Shown here: positions 46,321 to 61,080 of the stretch, piece by piece
Layout: every line of letters starts with the position of its first letter
Numbering within the stretch: position 1 is the stretch's first letter
Assembly: GCF_009914755.1 (NCBI RefSeq)
Contig: NC_060926.1
Source: the human T2T-CHM13v2.0 reference genome, Homo sapiens
DNA length: 64,000 nucleotides
Direction: 5' to 3' (one strand)
Program-made: the position numbers and the translations under genes
The notes under the pieces: model-generated
What the model was told of the DNA's origin: nothing
What the model saw: only the letters and a program-made list of their open reading frames with translations
Database searches by the model: none

Positions 46321-49051
46321 GACCCCACACTTAGTTTTAATACACTTCTAGGCAAGGCTGCTGCACTGGTCTGGGGATCACACTTTGAGTAGCAAAGGAC
46401 TAAATTGCAATAACTGCCGGGGGGGGGAGAAAAAAAACAGGATGAACTGCTTCCTCCTGGCTCAGCAGCTAGGGAGTCACTGAACTAACAAGGGGATGGG
46501 GTGGGGATAAGAATGTTCCAGGCAAAAGGAACAACATGCCCAAAGGCCTCAAGCAGAAAGAGAGCTTCAGGTATTGAAGAAGTAGAAGTAGCTCTGTGTG
46601 GCTGGGGAGTGGGCATAAGATGGAGCAGAAGAATGCCAAGTCCTATTCCTGGGTCTGAATTTCCAGGAGCAGAAGCCCTGTCCCCTCTAGAAGGTGGATA
46701 TAGTCTGGATATTTGTCTTCAAATCTCATGTTGAAATGTGACCCCCAGTGTTAGAGGTTGGACCTAGTAGGAGGTGTTTAGATCATAAGAACTGGATCCC
46801 TCCTGAGTGGTTTGGTGCCCTCCCTATGATTGATTGCTCTATTAGTTCATGTGAGAGCTGGTTGTTTAAAAAAGCGTGGCATCTCTCTGGTTCCCTCTCT
46901 TGCCATGTGACACAACTGCTCCCCCTTCACCCTTCCCCATGAGTAAAAGCTTCCTGAGGCCCTCACCAGAGGCACATGCCAGCAGTGTGATTCTTGTACA
47001 GCCTGAAAAACTGTGAGTCAAATAAACCTCTTTACATTATAAATTACCCAGTCTCAGATATTTCTTTATAGCAATGCAAAATAGACTATCACAGAAAGTT
47101 GGTACGGAGGTGTAGGGCGTTGCTATAAAGATATCTGAAAATGTGGAAGTGGCTTTGGAACTGGGTATGAGGCAGCGGTTGGAAAGAGTCTGGAGGGCCC
47201 AGAAGACAGATGAGAAAAGGTTTGGACCTTCTTAGAGATTTGTAATGTCGTTGTAACCAAAATGTGGACAGAAATATGTACAGTAAAGGCCAGCCTGATG
47301 AGGTCTCAGATGGAAATGAGGAAGTTATGGGGAACTGGAGCAAAGATCACCCTTGTTATGCCCTAGCAAAGAACTTGGCTGCATTGTATCTATGTCCTAG
47401 GGCTTTGTGGAAGGCTGAACTTAAGAGTAATGACTTAGGGTATCTGGTAGAAGAAATGTCTAAGCAGCAAAGCATTCAAGAAATGGCCTGGCTGCTTCTA
47501 ATAGCCTATGATCAGATATTGGAGCAAAGGACTGACTTAAATTTGGAACTATTAAATCAAACTAAAATCTGGCCTGAGAAAGCCTCCTCACTCCCATACT
47601 TGAGTCCTTAAGGATGAACCATAACCTAACTTTGTAGGTAGGACGACTGAAAACCTAACTTAGAAGGATGCTTCTGTAGCAATAACTGAGCCTCAGCCAA
47701 TCTCAGCAGCCATACTTCAGTACTCACAGGCAGCCTATTGTTCAAACCATGTTCAAATAAGGCAAACACCATGCTGTAACCAATTTGGCTATTTCTGTAC
47801 CTCACTTTGGTTTTCTGCATGTCACTTTCCTTTTTCTATTCATCGGTTTTTTCCGACCACATAGCATCTCTGGTGTTGCTCTGAATCTGCTGTGATTCTA
47901 GGGACTGCCTGATTTGTGAATTGTCTTTTTTTTTTCTCCTCAATTAAATTCTGTTAAATTTAGTTTGTCTAAGGTTTTTCTTTTACCAGATCTGGTGTTG
48001 GAAGTGCAATTTGAAGTAAAACTCTGGTGACCTACAGGAACACCAGGTGACCAGGCCAGTTGTGCTCACTGATCTTTTGATTGTAACTGGAGGTTGTAGA
48101 TGGGTTTTCTCTTGGATTCAGAGTTCCACTAATTTGTGTTCTAATTGGAGCTCTCCAAGTTTATTTGAGCAATATTTAAGTGGACTGGGTTCAGGATCAA
48201 ATTTGAATCAATTAACTGGATTGGGTTCTGTTAGAGCCTCAGACCTCTACTAGGCACTTTTTTTTTTTTTTTTTTTTGATAATGGGTTTGTCTCAATCCA
48301 AGGATTCTAGGAATCTACCTTCTGGGACTCCATCTAATTTTGTATATAAAATTTTAGGCCCAGAATGTGTGCATCTTTAGAAAAACAGATTAACCTTACT
48401 AGAGAAAAGATGGCCACAATGGGGAAGTTTTAATTTGTATAAAATTGTTTATTTGCATGGCATATTAGAAAAAGGGGGATCAAAACCCCACAAAAACATT
48501 GGGATATAGTCTTTCATTGGTACATGGAAGCCTCTAAAAGACTAAACGAATGAAAAATTCCCTCCTTAAAAGATACTTTGCAAAAGCAAATGAACAGTTT
48601 AAGCAACAGGCTAAGGACATGATGAAAGAGAACTGTACTCTCACTGAACTAACCCCAACTGATTCTTCTCTTTATCCATCTCTACCTACGTACTCTGAGT
48701 CTACTAACCTTTTTGCTAGATCAACGTTTCACTCTGAAGATGATGAAAAAGGAGGAATTAGATGTACGCCTCACAAAGGAAGACCTTCTGATTATCCAGG
48801 CCTGCCTGCTATAACCACTTTCACTCCATGGTCTAAAACTGAGCTTAGAGCTATTTTAGAAGACTTCCCTGATCTAAGAGAAAATCCTCAAAACTTGACT
48901 AAGGAGTTTAGACTCCTCATAGGAGACTATGATCCAGGACTCCCTGACAAAGGTTCATGTGACAATTTATTCATATGATATGGAGGCCTGGTGAAGCTCA
49001 AAAATGGATGGCAGCAGCAGAATGGAAGAAACCTGAGAAAGATATTAAAGA

Positions 49052-49098
49052 CCCCCCCCCGCCCCCCCCCCCCGCACCCCCCCCCCCCCCACACACAC
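49052..49098. repeat. Poly-C tract plus short (AC)n
   Basis: Read directly. Confidence 0.9.
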
Positions 49099-49150
49099 AA
49101 AGCCTCCTCATGAGAAGGCCCAACAGGAGCTAGAAATATTGCTGAAAATC

Positions 49151-49372
49151 CCAGCCTGGGCAACATGGCAAAAGCCTGTCTATACGAAAAATACAGATAG
49201 TTAGCTGGGCATGATGGCACACGCCTGTAGACCCAGCTACTTATGAGGCTGAAGTGGGAGGATCACCTGAGCCTGGGAGCTTGAGGCTACTGTGAGCCAT
49301 GACTGTGCCACTGCACTCCAGCCTGGATAGCAGAGCAAGACCCTGTCTCAAAAAAAAAAAAAAAGGAAAAAA
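49151..49372 (+). mobile_element. 5'-truncated AluJ in ERV gag
   Basis: AluJ-type right arm (gtgggaggatcacctgagcc, gaccctgtctc); TSD attgctgaaaatc. Confidence 0.88.
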
Positions 49373-51420
49373 AATTGCTGAAAATCTTTTAAATTCAAAT
49401 ACTAAATTTTTTCCACAAAAGTTGATTGGTACATCATACAATCTTGTAAACCAAAAAAAAAAAAAAGAATGAACCAGTGTCAGATTACAGAACTTGCTTA
49501 GAAATAATGTGAAACATTCTGGGCTTAAAGTACTAACAAGGAGTATTTCCTGCAGGGACTGAAATGGTATTAACTACTCTATTTATAAATGGACTTCATC
49601 CTGAACTTAGAAATTTAATTAGAAAACATAAACTCGGATGGGAAGTTACAGCCATGACTGAATTGGTGGCTCTAGCTGAACATTTTGAGAGGACTGTAGA
49701 GCAAGAAAAAACCCAAAAGGCTAACAAGCTTATGACTCTTCAATTACAACAGTTACAGGGGCCAAGACCAAAGGGATCTTCTCATTCTCATTTTAAATCA
49801 CAACCAAGAGGTATTAGACCAAGAAATTCTTCACCCTAAGATGTCTGCCTTATTGCAAACAACCAGGACAGTGGAATAGGGATTGTGCCCTTTTATATCA
49901 GCCCACCAATGACCCTCCCTTTAGGCCAGCCTGTTTCACCACTAGAGGGAGCACAAGAGACCTTAGCTCTCCTGAAGATAATCAGCGTTGAAGCGGCTCT
50001 GAGGGATTTCCCAGTATATTGCTCCTCATAATACCCTTAAAAGAATATGGAGAAACAGAGGTTACAGTAACTGGGGACTCATGTATAGTCTTGGTGGATA
50101 CCAGAGCTACCTTATCTGCCACTACCATAAAACACACTTTCATAAGCCAACAGATCCCTCAGAGTTAAAAAGGCTATTTCTGTGGTTGGGATTTCAAATC
50201 AAATTCAAGAGTTTCCCATATCTGAACCCGTCCAATTGACTTTGGGGCATTTTTCAAAAAATCACACTGTTTTACTATGTGATAGTGCTCCAGTAAATTT
50301 GCTAGGGGGAGATTTACTTTCAAAGCTGAAAGGGCATAGAAGACTACCTATTGGGTACATTGTAAACTGCTTGGGAAATGGGCACACTAAAATCTCAGAA
50401 ATCAGCAGTAAAGAACTTGTCCATGTAACCAAAAACCACCTGTACTCCCAAAACTATTGAAATTTTTTAAAATAAAAAATTTTTAAAAGTGGGGAGGGTG
50501 TAAAATTTTCCTTGGAATAAGAATCAGTTTCCTGATTCTCCTGAACCAGAATTGTTATGTTCTCTATAGGCAGATATTAATAGGATCGAAACTCAGGCCT
50601 GTAATGCCTGATCTTCCAAAAATACCTAAATATTTATGGGCCTCTTCCTCAACTGATACAGGAAGAATTTAAAGTGTGTCACCTATTAACGTCCAAATAG
50701 ACCACTCTAAACTTTTGCCTAAAGTACCCAATATCCACTAAAACTAGAAGCAATTCAAGGGCTCTTGCCAATTGTAGAAGATTTCATTAGACAGGGACTT
50801 ATAATTCTATGCACCAGCCCTTATAACTCTCCAATCCTACTGGTTAAAATAAACCAAATGGATGAGGTTGAAGATTTGTTCAAGATTTATGGGCAGTTAA
50901 CAAAATTGTAGTAGCAAGGTTTCCTATAGTTCCAAATCCTAATACTTCATTATCCAAGATACATGCTGATTCTTAAGTGGTTCACAATATTAGATCTCTG
51001 CTCAGCCTTTTTTTACAATCCAGTTTATAAGGAGAGTCTATGCTTATTTGCCTTCACTTGGAAAAGTCAACAGTACCCCCAGATTGTGATGCTGCAAGGG
51101 TTTACCGAAGCCTCTTTGTGTTTTCCCAGGTATTGCATCAGGACTTAATGACATTATAGTTTCCTCAAAATTCTACTCTCATTCAGTACGTGGATGACTT
51201 ACTGTATGCTCTCCCACTAAAGAGTACTCTGAAATGGACTCAGTTTACCTTTTACACAACTCACACATCAAGGTCACAAAGCTTCAGTAGAAAAACTTCA
51301 GTTTTCAAGGGGAAAAAGTCCATTATTTGGGACATTATTTGATGGTGTTTCCCTCTCACCTAAAAAGTTAAAAACTCTTCAAAATTTTCCTTGGCCTGCA
51401 ACCAAAAGATAATTAAGAGG

Positions 51421-51504
51421 TTTTCTTGGACTTGCAGGATATTTTCTTGGACTTGCAGGATATTTTCTTGGACTTGCAGGATATATTCTTACACTTGCAG
51501 GATA
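51421..51504. repeat. 21-bp tandem repeat TTTTCTTGGACTTGCAGGATA x3 plus one degenerate copy
   Basis: Read directly. Confidence 0.92.
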
Positions 51505-52853
51505 TAAAATTCCTGGGTTCTGAATTTTTCCTTAATAGCCTCACTGTTGTATGAGCTCACTAAAAAATGCTGTACCAGAGCCTTTACCTTGGGATGATAG
51601 TCATGAGCAAGCTTTTAGCTAAATAAAATTGGCCTTATAACAGCCTCCAGCTTTAGGACTTCCAAATTGCACTAAACTGTTTACCTAATTGGCTTATGAA
51701 AGTAATAATCAGGCATTTAGGAGTTCTTACCCAGGAACATGGGGAGAAACATAGGCCCATTGCATATTATAGCCTGCAATTAGACCCAGTAGCTAAGGTA
51801 TATCCTAACTGTTTAAAAGCAGTAGCAGCAGCAACCAGGCTGAAAGAAGCTTCAGCTGATGTGGTTTTAGGAAATGAACTTAATATGGAAGTCCCACATG
51901 CTAAATTCCACCCAAACCCAGCATTTTTTAGTAAGTAGACTAACATCTTATGAAATGCTCTGTCTCCCTCTAATCTCTATCTAAAACACTGCAATTTACT
52001 TAACCATGCCCCTGTATTACTGCTGCCTGATGATGGTGAAGACCACAATTGCATAAGTGTAGCATCGGAAATAGTGGCCCCTCATGTTGATTTACAAGTT
52101 AGTCCATTGGACAATCCTGAGTTAATACTTTTGTTGATGGGTCCTATGCCAAAAGCTCAGAAGGAAAATATCAGCTAGGATATGCTGTTACCAAAATGAG
52201 TTAATAGAGAAGGGAATCCTTCCTCTATTAGTCAGCTCTATTAGTCTAAGCTCTATAAGTCAGCTTAACCCTCAAAGATTTTTGCCCTCACCCGAGCTTG
52301 TCATATAGCTAAAGACAAACCAGTAAGTGTTTAGACAGATAGTAGATACGCTTTAGGAGTAGTACATGATTTTGGCATGATAGGGAAACTCTAAGGGTTT
52401 CTCACTTCTAGTGGGATCACCATCAAAAAAGGACTCCAATTAGATAAACCCCTAGATTGCTGTTATTGATCGAAGCTCATACCTGCAGAACTGAACCTGA
52501 ATATCAAGGGAATGCTTAGCAGATATTTATGCTAAATCAGCTAGTACTGAAACTGTTCAGATATGCAACATGAACGAACTTCGTAAGATTAATCCAAGCC
52601 AACTACCTTACAATGACCTATTTAATAAAGAATGCAATGCACCTCATTTGGAAAAACAAAACTGGTATCTAAAAGGATATAAATTCAATGTTAAGTGCAA
52701 ACTTGCAGAGGGCCTAGATGGCTGCCTGGTCTTTCCCGAGTCTTTGAAGCTTCCATTGTCAAAAGCTTTGAACTCCACAACTCATCATGGAACAGAAAAA
52801 TTCATCCAAGTTGTGAAAAAATACCTGTGGGATGACTGTTCCAAAATTGCTAG

Positions 52854-53151
<298 letters not shown>

Positions 53152-54488
53152 TGCTAGAATATTTTATAACCAATGTTGGCTAGTCAAACCCATAGTCCTG
53201 GAAAAACGAAAGATTCAGGTGGTGTATTGTATTTTCAACACCTAATGGACCATTTGAACAATTATACATGGACTTCATTCAGTTGCCACCTTCAATGTGG
53301 GTCTCAGTATGTTCTTGTAATAGTTTCCATGTTTTCTGGTTGGTTAGAGGCCTTCCTGTGTAGGAAAGCTGATGCTGTGACAGTAGCTAAGAAATTATTA
53401 GAAAATGTGTTTTCTTTATGGAGCTTCCCTGGAAAAATCCCCAGCAATGGGGGAATTCATTTTATTAGGCAAGTTATAAAGCAGTTAAACAAGGTTTTAT
53501 GGACACAATGGTACTACCATTATCCCTATCACACTCAGTCTTCTGAAAAGGTTGAAAAAACAAATGACATATTAAAACTGAAATTGGCAAAGTTAACTGA
53601 ATCAGTTGGGTTGCCTTGGCCAAAGGTACTATCATTGGATTTAATGGCAGTCAGATCCACTCACTAAAAAACAGAAGTGGACCCCTTATGAAATAGTCAC
53701 TAGAAGGCCTATGCCCCAGTAGTAAAACCTCTTGCATCTTTCTCTCTCTGAAATTCTGATATAAGTAAGTACTGCAAGGCCATTATACCAAGTGTGCTTT
53801 CACCAGATAAAGGAAGCTTTTCAAGATCCACCAATTGAGGATAATCAAACCTTCCACAGTCTAGAACCTGGAGATTCTGTCTTCTGGAAATGACATCAGA
53901 GGAAGGCTGCTCTTGACAACTCTTTGGAAGGGACTGTGCCGAGTTCTTCTCAACACCTACACTGCAGTGAAGCTTCAGGGCCTTGAAACTTGGGTCCACA
54001 CCTCACAACTCAAAAGGACCTCTTCAGACTCCTGGAACTGTACATCTGCTAGAGACTTTAAGGTAAAGCTGTCTAAGGAAAAATCTCCAGAGCAGATGAC
54101 ATTCTAGTTGTGGACAGCTTTCCCAAGATCACAGATGAAGACTTCTGTACCGTCATGAAAGCCTTACATTTTTTTCTTTTCTCCTCATTTCCTGTTGCCC
54201 TAATTCTTTCTTTTTCCCTACAGAAAAATCCATGGGACCATAACCAGTGGATGCCTTTAGCTTGAGCATCTGCTGTAGCACAGAACCAGAGTTTGTGGAT
54301 TATTGGGTTTGTTGTTTATTGCCAAAAAAATATAAGGAAACAATTCCACTAATGCCAGTGCCTCTCCGTGTTCCCAATGAGAGTCACCCCAAAATTCCAA
54401 GGGAAGGATGGAAAGCTATCCTTGATATTCTGAACACCACTGCTACTTGCTTTCCTGCACTCACTAAAAAGAACACTTTAACTTTTCC

Positions 54489-54793
<305 letters not shown>

Positions 54794-55488
54794 TTAACTG
54801 TTTCAATTAATAACCTGATCATTACCAAAGTATAGAAAACCAATCCAAATGATGACTGCAAAAGATATATTGTGCTTTCAGGCATCATGTACTCAAGATT
54901 TGGGATTTACCTATGTGAGTACAAGTAATTGCTTGTATAATGTCACCAGATTAAATTCAACAGGGTCTCTTTTTACCAAATGTTTTATATACCCTTACAA
55001 CATGCTATAAGAGGGGCACAAAAAGGTCAATTTCTCAATGGATTTTGTTCAGCAGCTATGCAGATTTATTAATGAACAAATCTAACTGAACCCTGCTCAA
55101 ATGCAACTAGGTAGCCCTGTTTTTCAACTCCCAAGGACCTATTTTGGGTCTGTGGATAATCTGCATATTTCATTCTGCCTCTTCGTTGGCTCAGATCTTG
55201 CTATTTGGTCTGGCTCACTCCTGCCTTTCAAATAGTTTCACCTAAAAATTCTCCTAACAGCTCTTATGATTGGAGGCCAAAATAGTCAATAACTGAAATT
55301 AGCACTAGCTTTGAAATAGACAAAGATAAGCTAGTTTCCACTGAGGAAAGATTCCAGTGGGGTTCCTGGGGGCTCACTCTTGGTGGTAGTGGGATACTAA
55401 TTGTATGGAATCTAAAGCTAATCCATATGTGGGGTCTTGGATTTTATAGCCAATCAAACATCCCAGTGTTTCAGACAGGTAGACACTA

Positions 55489-55824
<336 letters not shown>

Positions 55825-56576
55825 TTACAGTTAATGGAACATCATACAGCTTCATATCTCCTTTTTACTCAAGCTGGGGCCTGTGTTTGGTGTTGAACAA
55901 AATAGAATGCTGCAGTTATCTCTCTCCTGATTTTGTTACTACAGAAAGCTTAATGTAAAGGTGGCTGATACTGCTGTTTCCTTAGACACTGACACCAAAT
56001 ACAATAAAGAAGTCTCTCAAGAGGAAAACATGGTGTGTTTACAGGAGCAACTAACAGTTGGTTTGTAGGCATCCTAAATGGTGGATGGCAAGCTTGGGTT
56101 TCCCAAAGGTTTCTAGTCTTTATATGTCTTCTAGTAGGTGTCCAGGTTAGTATGGCTTGTGTTACCAGAGCAACAATGAAAATGGCTACATCTTTAAATC
56201 AGGCCACTTTACAGTGAACTATGATCCTTAATTGCTACCACATTTCAAACAAGAACTATGACCAATTAAACTTTACTGTTGTTGAACTGCCTATGTTGCC
56301 TGAACTTTGACTGGTTTAAGTTGGTTTCATTTATTTAATAAGAACACTTGTTAAGGAGTGCATCTTGGTATTTTGATATTATTCTCTTGATAGTCATAAT
56401 AATAGTTCCCTAGTGTGCTGCATCCTCTCAAGTCTTAAATGTTTTGTATGCAGCCATACATTGAGAATTGAATGGTCTCACTTTGACTAGGTCAGCAAGA
56501 ACATAGAGAATCATTCACCTAGTGTGAAGCTGTGACTTGTGAACTTCATAGTGACACCAGTAAAGACTTGTGAACT

Positions 56577-56878
56577 GGCCGGGCATGGTTGCTCATGCCT
56601 GTAATCCCACACTTTTAGAGGCCAAGGCGGGCGGATCATGAGGTCAGGAGATCAAGACCATCCTGGCTAACATGGTGAAACCCCGTCTCTACTAAAAATA
56701 TACAGAAAAATTAGCTGAGCGTGGTGATGGGCACCTGTAGTCCCAGCTACTTGGGAGGCTGAGGCAGGAGAATGGCGTGAACCCAGGAGGCGGAGCTACA
56801 GTAAGCCAAGATCATGCCACTGCACTCCAGCCTGGTGACAAAGCGAGACTTTGACTCAGAAAAAAAAAAAAAAAAAAA
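56577..56878 (+). mobile_element. AluY in ERV 3' untranslated region
   Basis: AluY diagnostics (accatcctggctaac, gaatggcgtgaacc); TSD aaagacttgtgaact. Confidence 0.94.
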
Positions 56879-57851
56879 GACTTGTGAACTCCATACTGAG
56901 ACTAAAAAGACTTGTGAATTCCATACTGAGCCAAATTACAATAGTGAGAGGGTGGCATCAATGCCTAAAGTTTCGGTCTATCTCTCTAAATTGAGAGTCT
57001 GACCAAAAGGGGGGAGTTGATAAATGAAACTCAAATCTGGCTTGAGGACGCCTTCACATTCCCATATTTGAGTTCTTAAGGGCGAACCGTAACGTAGTTA
57101 GTAGGTAGGCAGACTGAAAACTTAACTTAGGAGGATGCTTCTTTAGCAATAGCTGAGTCTCAGCCAATCCCACTGGCCATATTTCAACCACTCACAGGCA
57201 GCCAACTATTCGAATCATGCTCAGATAAGGTAAACACCAAGCTGTAAACAATCTGGCTGTTTCTGTACCTCACTTCCATTTTCTGTATGTCACTTTCCTT
57301 TTTCTGTCCACAAATTTGCTTTGACAGCACAGCATCCCTGGTGTCTGTCTGTATCTGCTGTGATTCTGAGGGCTGCCCGATTTGCAAATTATTCATTTTT
57401 CTTGCTCAGTTAAACTCTGTGAAATGTAATTTGTCTAATGGATTTCTTTTAACAGCACTTATAATTAAAATGGAAAGAGGGTGTAAATATTTAGAAAACT
57501 TGCAGCCTGGCCATGTGATAGACAAGGAGGAATCCAAGCAGCCTGCTGAGCAACTATTTGCTAGAGACATTAGCATATCTAAAAGGGAGCCAGGTGCTAA
57601 TATTCAAGACAGTGGGAAAAGGCCTCAGAGGCATTTCAGAAGGCCTCTCCTATCACAGGCCCACAGGCCTAGGAGGACTGAATGGTTTCAGAGACCAGGC
57701 CCAGGGCACCATTGCTGTATGTCACCTCAGGATGCTACTTCCCACATCCTAGCTTCTCCAGCTCCAGCTTTGGCTCAAAGGGCCCCCGGTGCAGCTCAGA
57801 CCACTTCTTTGGAGGGTACAAGCCCTAAGCCTTGGGAGCTTCCATATGGTT

Positions 57852-58161
<310 letters not shown>

Positions 58162-59599
58162 TAGGTCTGCAGGCTTGCAGAACGCAAGAGTGAAGGAGGC
58201 TTGGGAGCTTCCACCTAGATTTCAGAGGATGTATCAAAAAGTCTGGGTGCCCTGACAGAAGCCTGCCACAGGGGCAGAAACCCACAGAGAACCTCTACAA
58301 GGACAGAGCCATGGGAAAACATAGGGTTGGAACCCCATACAGAGTCCCCACTGGGACATTGCCTAGTGGAGCTGTGGGAATGGGGCCAATGCCCTCCAGA
58401 CAGCAGAAAGGTAGAGTCACCAGCAGCTTGCAACCTCAGCGTGGAAGACCCACAGGCATTCAATCCCAACCTGTGAGAGCAGCCATGTGGGCTGCACCCA
58501 GCAAAGCCATAGAGACAGGGCTGCTCAAGGCCTTGAAAGGCCACTCCACTCACCAGTATGGAGTTACGGAAGATGATTTTGGAAGTTTCAGATTTAGTGT
58601 TTGCCCTGCTGGGTTTCAGACATGTGTGGGGCCTCTTGCCTCTTTCTTTTGGCCAACTTCTCCCTTTTGGAATGGGAATGCCTACCCAATACCTGTAACA
58701 CAATTATATCTTGGAAGTATGTAACTTGTTTTTGATATAACAGCCTCATAGGTGGAAGGAATTTGCCTTGAGGCTCAGATGAAACTATGGATTCTGGACT
58801 TCTGAGTTGATGCTGGAACAAGCTGAGACATTGGAGAACTATCAGGAAGGGATGGTTTCATTTTGCAATGTGAGATGACATGAGATTTGGGGGTAAGGGG
58901 CAGACCAATATAGTTTAGATGTTTGTTCTCTCCAAATCATATGTTGAAATATGACCCCCAATGTTAGAGGTGGGGCATAGTGGGAGGTGTTTTGGTCATA
59001 GGGGTGGATTCCTCATGAATGGGTTGGTGCTTTGTCCATGATAATGAATGAGTTCTGGCTCTGTTAGTTCACATGTAAGCTGGTTGTTTGAAAGCACCTA
59101 GCATCTCTCTTGTGTGCTGTCTCGCCATGTGACACATCTGCTCCCCCTTCAGCTTCCAACATGAGTAAAAGATTCCTGAGGCCCTCACCAGAAGCAGATG
59201 CCTGCACTGTGCTTTTTGTACAGCCTGCAAAACCATGAACCAAATACACCTCTTTTCCTTATAAATTACCCAGTCTCAGGGATTCTGTTATGATCCCCTG
59301 GAAGAGTTATACTACTTCCAGGTCTAGCCCATGGTAAATCCCACACTCCCCTCTGAGGCCACCTTCTTCCCTCTGCAGAGACCCTGTGGTTAGAGGGGAT
59401 TGATTGTGTCTCTGGCCCCAGTTCTTCTCCCGAGGCTGCATTCCACCCTTTTGCTATGTGACTTTGCAGCCCTTCTCACTGCAGAGACAGGTTCCTCTCC
59501 TTGAGTTTGGGGAAGATGCAACACATGCAGGGGTTTGAAAACACATTTGTTTGTTTCTGCTTTTGTTTTTGCTCCTCTGCAATTTCCTTGAAACCATGC

Positions 59600-59811
59600 C
59601 TGAGGTAGCCTGTGGGAAAACGAAACAGCACCATTGACCTAGTCTTTCAGCCAATCCCACTGCATTTGTACAATGCAGTCTGACACCAGAGGAACTGCCC
59701 AGCCAAGCTCAGGCAAAATTGCTGACTTCAGACTCATGAACTAAATAAATATTTGTTTCATTTGGTGGTTGTTCTTATGCAACATTATGCTGGCACTAGA
59801 AAAATGAAACA
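59600..59811 (+). mobile_element. MLT1-type LTR 3' fragment
   Basis: gaactgcccagccaagctcag...aaataaat...tgaaaca resembles an MLT1 end. Confidence 0.6.
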
Positions 59812-59902
59812 GATGGGAATCAAGAAGACTGAATGAAGCAGAAACCCAGAAGCTACCCCACAAGCAATCACATGGGACTCAGATGTGAATGGACAATAAG
59901 CT

Positions 59903-59908
59903 TTTATT
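59903..59908 (-). terminator. NAT8: NAT8 poly(A) signal AATAAA
   Basis: tttatt on + strand about 90 nt past the stop codon. Confidence 0.75.
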
Positions 59909-59998
59909 GCATTGAAAGGTCATTGCAGTGAAAGGTTGGGGATTGCTTGCTGCTACAGCTGAATGGATTCTATTCTGACCAATACACACAGAAAGAGA

Positions 59999-60682
59999 TC
60001 ACAGACTCCCTACCTTAGAAGAAGGGAGGTGGTAGATGAAATGAACTGTATGAAGAGCCACTAGCCTGGCCCACACACAGAAGAAGGACTGGCCCGTCTT
60101 CTTGAAGCCCATGCTCTGGTAGAGGGCCATAGCAGAGAGCTGGATGGTGCCGGTGTCCAGGATAACTTCACTGTAGCCCTGGTCCCGGGCAAACTGGAGG
60201 ACAGTCCTGACCAGGGCTTTTGCTATCCCCTGACGACGGTGCTCACTGTCCACAAAGAGATGAAACAGCTGCAACCGCTTCTCCCTCAAGGTGGGATCAT
60301 CAACAGGCAGAGCTCCTACCATGCCCACCACCTTCTCTTCAGACTCAGCCACCCAGAAGCAGGAGCCACGCTCACTCAGGTAGGATTTGGTAATGTCAGA
60401 CATGTCTGTGCACAATGTCATGTCCACATACTCCGTCCAGGGTTTTTTGGCAAGGAACCACAGGGCAGGGAAGAGGCTGATGCTGAACACGAGGGCTAGA
60501 AGCCAGGATCCAGAGACCAGGAGTAGGGCGAGGGGCCCCCCAAGTAAGAGTATGAGGGTTCGAGGCAGCTTCAGCAATTGCCGGAAGGTGGCTGGGGCAT
60601 GCTCGGCCATCCCCCGGGAGAGCAAGCCCACAACCCACTGGCGGTCGCTCTCCTGGTATTTGCGGATGTGACAAGGAGCCAT
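59999..60682 (-). CDS. NAT8: N-acetyltransferase 8 (camello family GNAT, cysteine-S-conjugate N-acetyltransferase), 227 aa, single coding exon
   Basis: MAPCHIRKYQESDRQWVVGLL...SSKVGSL; hydrophobic membrane segment at about aa 43-78; acetyl-CoA motif RRQGIA; intact W16 codon; true ATG at 60682, not the GTG used by the ORF track. Confidence 0.97.
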   Translation of the reverse strand: MAPCHIRKYQESDRQWVVGLLSRGMAEHAPATFRQLLKLPRTLILLLGGPLALLLVSGSWLLALVFSISLFPALWFLAKKPWTEYVDMTLCTDMSDITKSYLSERGSCFWVAESEEKVVGMVGALPVDDPTLREKRLQLFHLFVDSEHRRQGIAKALVRTVLQFARDQGYSEVILDTGTIQLSAMALYQSMGFKKTGQSFFCVWARLVALHTVHFIYHLPSSKVGSL

Positions 60683-60756
60683 GGACAGACTTCTGTGTCT
60701 GAAATCTCTAAGTCCAGGAGACAGAGCTAGGCCTCCCTGCACGCCTTTACGTCAGA
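60683..60756 (-). other. NAT8: NAT8 exon 2 5'UTR part; acceptor ttttctctctcttccccag ends at 60757
   Basis: Minus-strand polypyrimidine tract plus AG 74 nt upstream of the ATG. Confidence 0.85.
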
Positions 60757-60884
60757 CTGGGGAAGAGAGAGAAAATCATGTGAGTGCCTGCATGGCTCCC
60801 AGCCTTGCAGGAACAGGGAGACCTGCTCAAGGGTGTGTCTTTCCGCGTTTGCCCATGAGGAAGCAGGCCTCTGCCACTGGGAGA

Positions 60885-61080
60885 AGGTAGGGTCAGAAAG
60901 ACCTGCATTGGAATCTGGTTCCATCCCTTTCTAGCTGTGTGACCTTAGGCATGTCACTTAACCTCTCTGAGCCTCCATTTCTTCAACTATAGAACAGGGG
61001 AGAAGAAAACCTGCCTTCTAGAGTTGTTTTGAAGATTGAATAAGATACCTTCTATAAAGCCCTGGTAGATGAACTACCCA
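60885..61080 (+). mobile_element. MIR in the NAT8 intron
   Basis: MIR core tagctgtgtgaccttaggcatgtcacttaacctctctgagcctc. Confidence 0.85.

Noticed and set aside
51421-51504. CRISPR-like array
   Set aside because: Head-to-tail repeats without spacers in human ERV sequence
60683-60742. 20-aa N-terminal extension of NAT8 from GTG in the ORF track (247 aa)
   Set aside because: Near-cognate start in mediocre context with an in-frame TGA four codons upstream; the ATG at 60682 gives the known 227-aa protein
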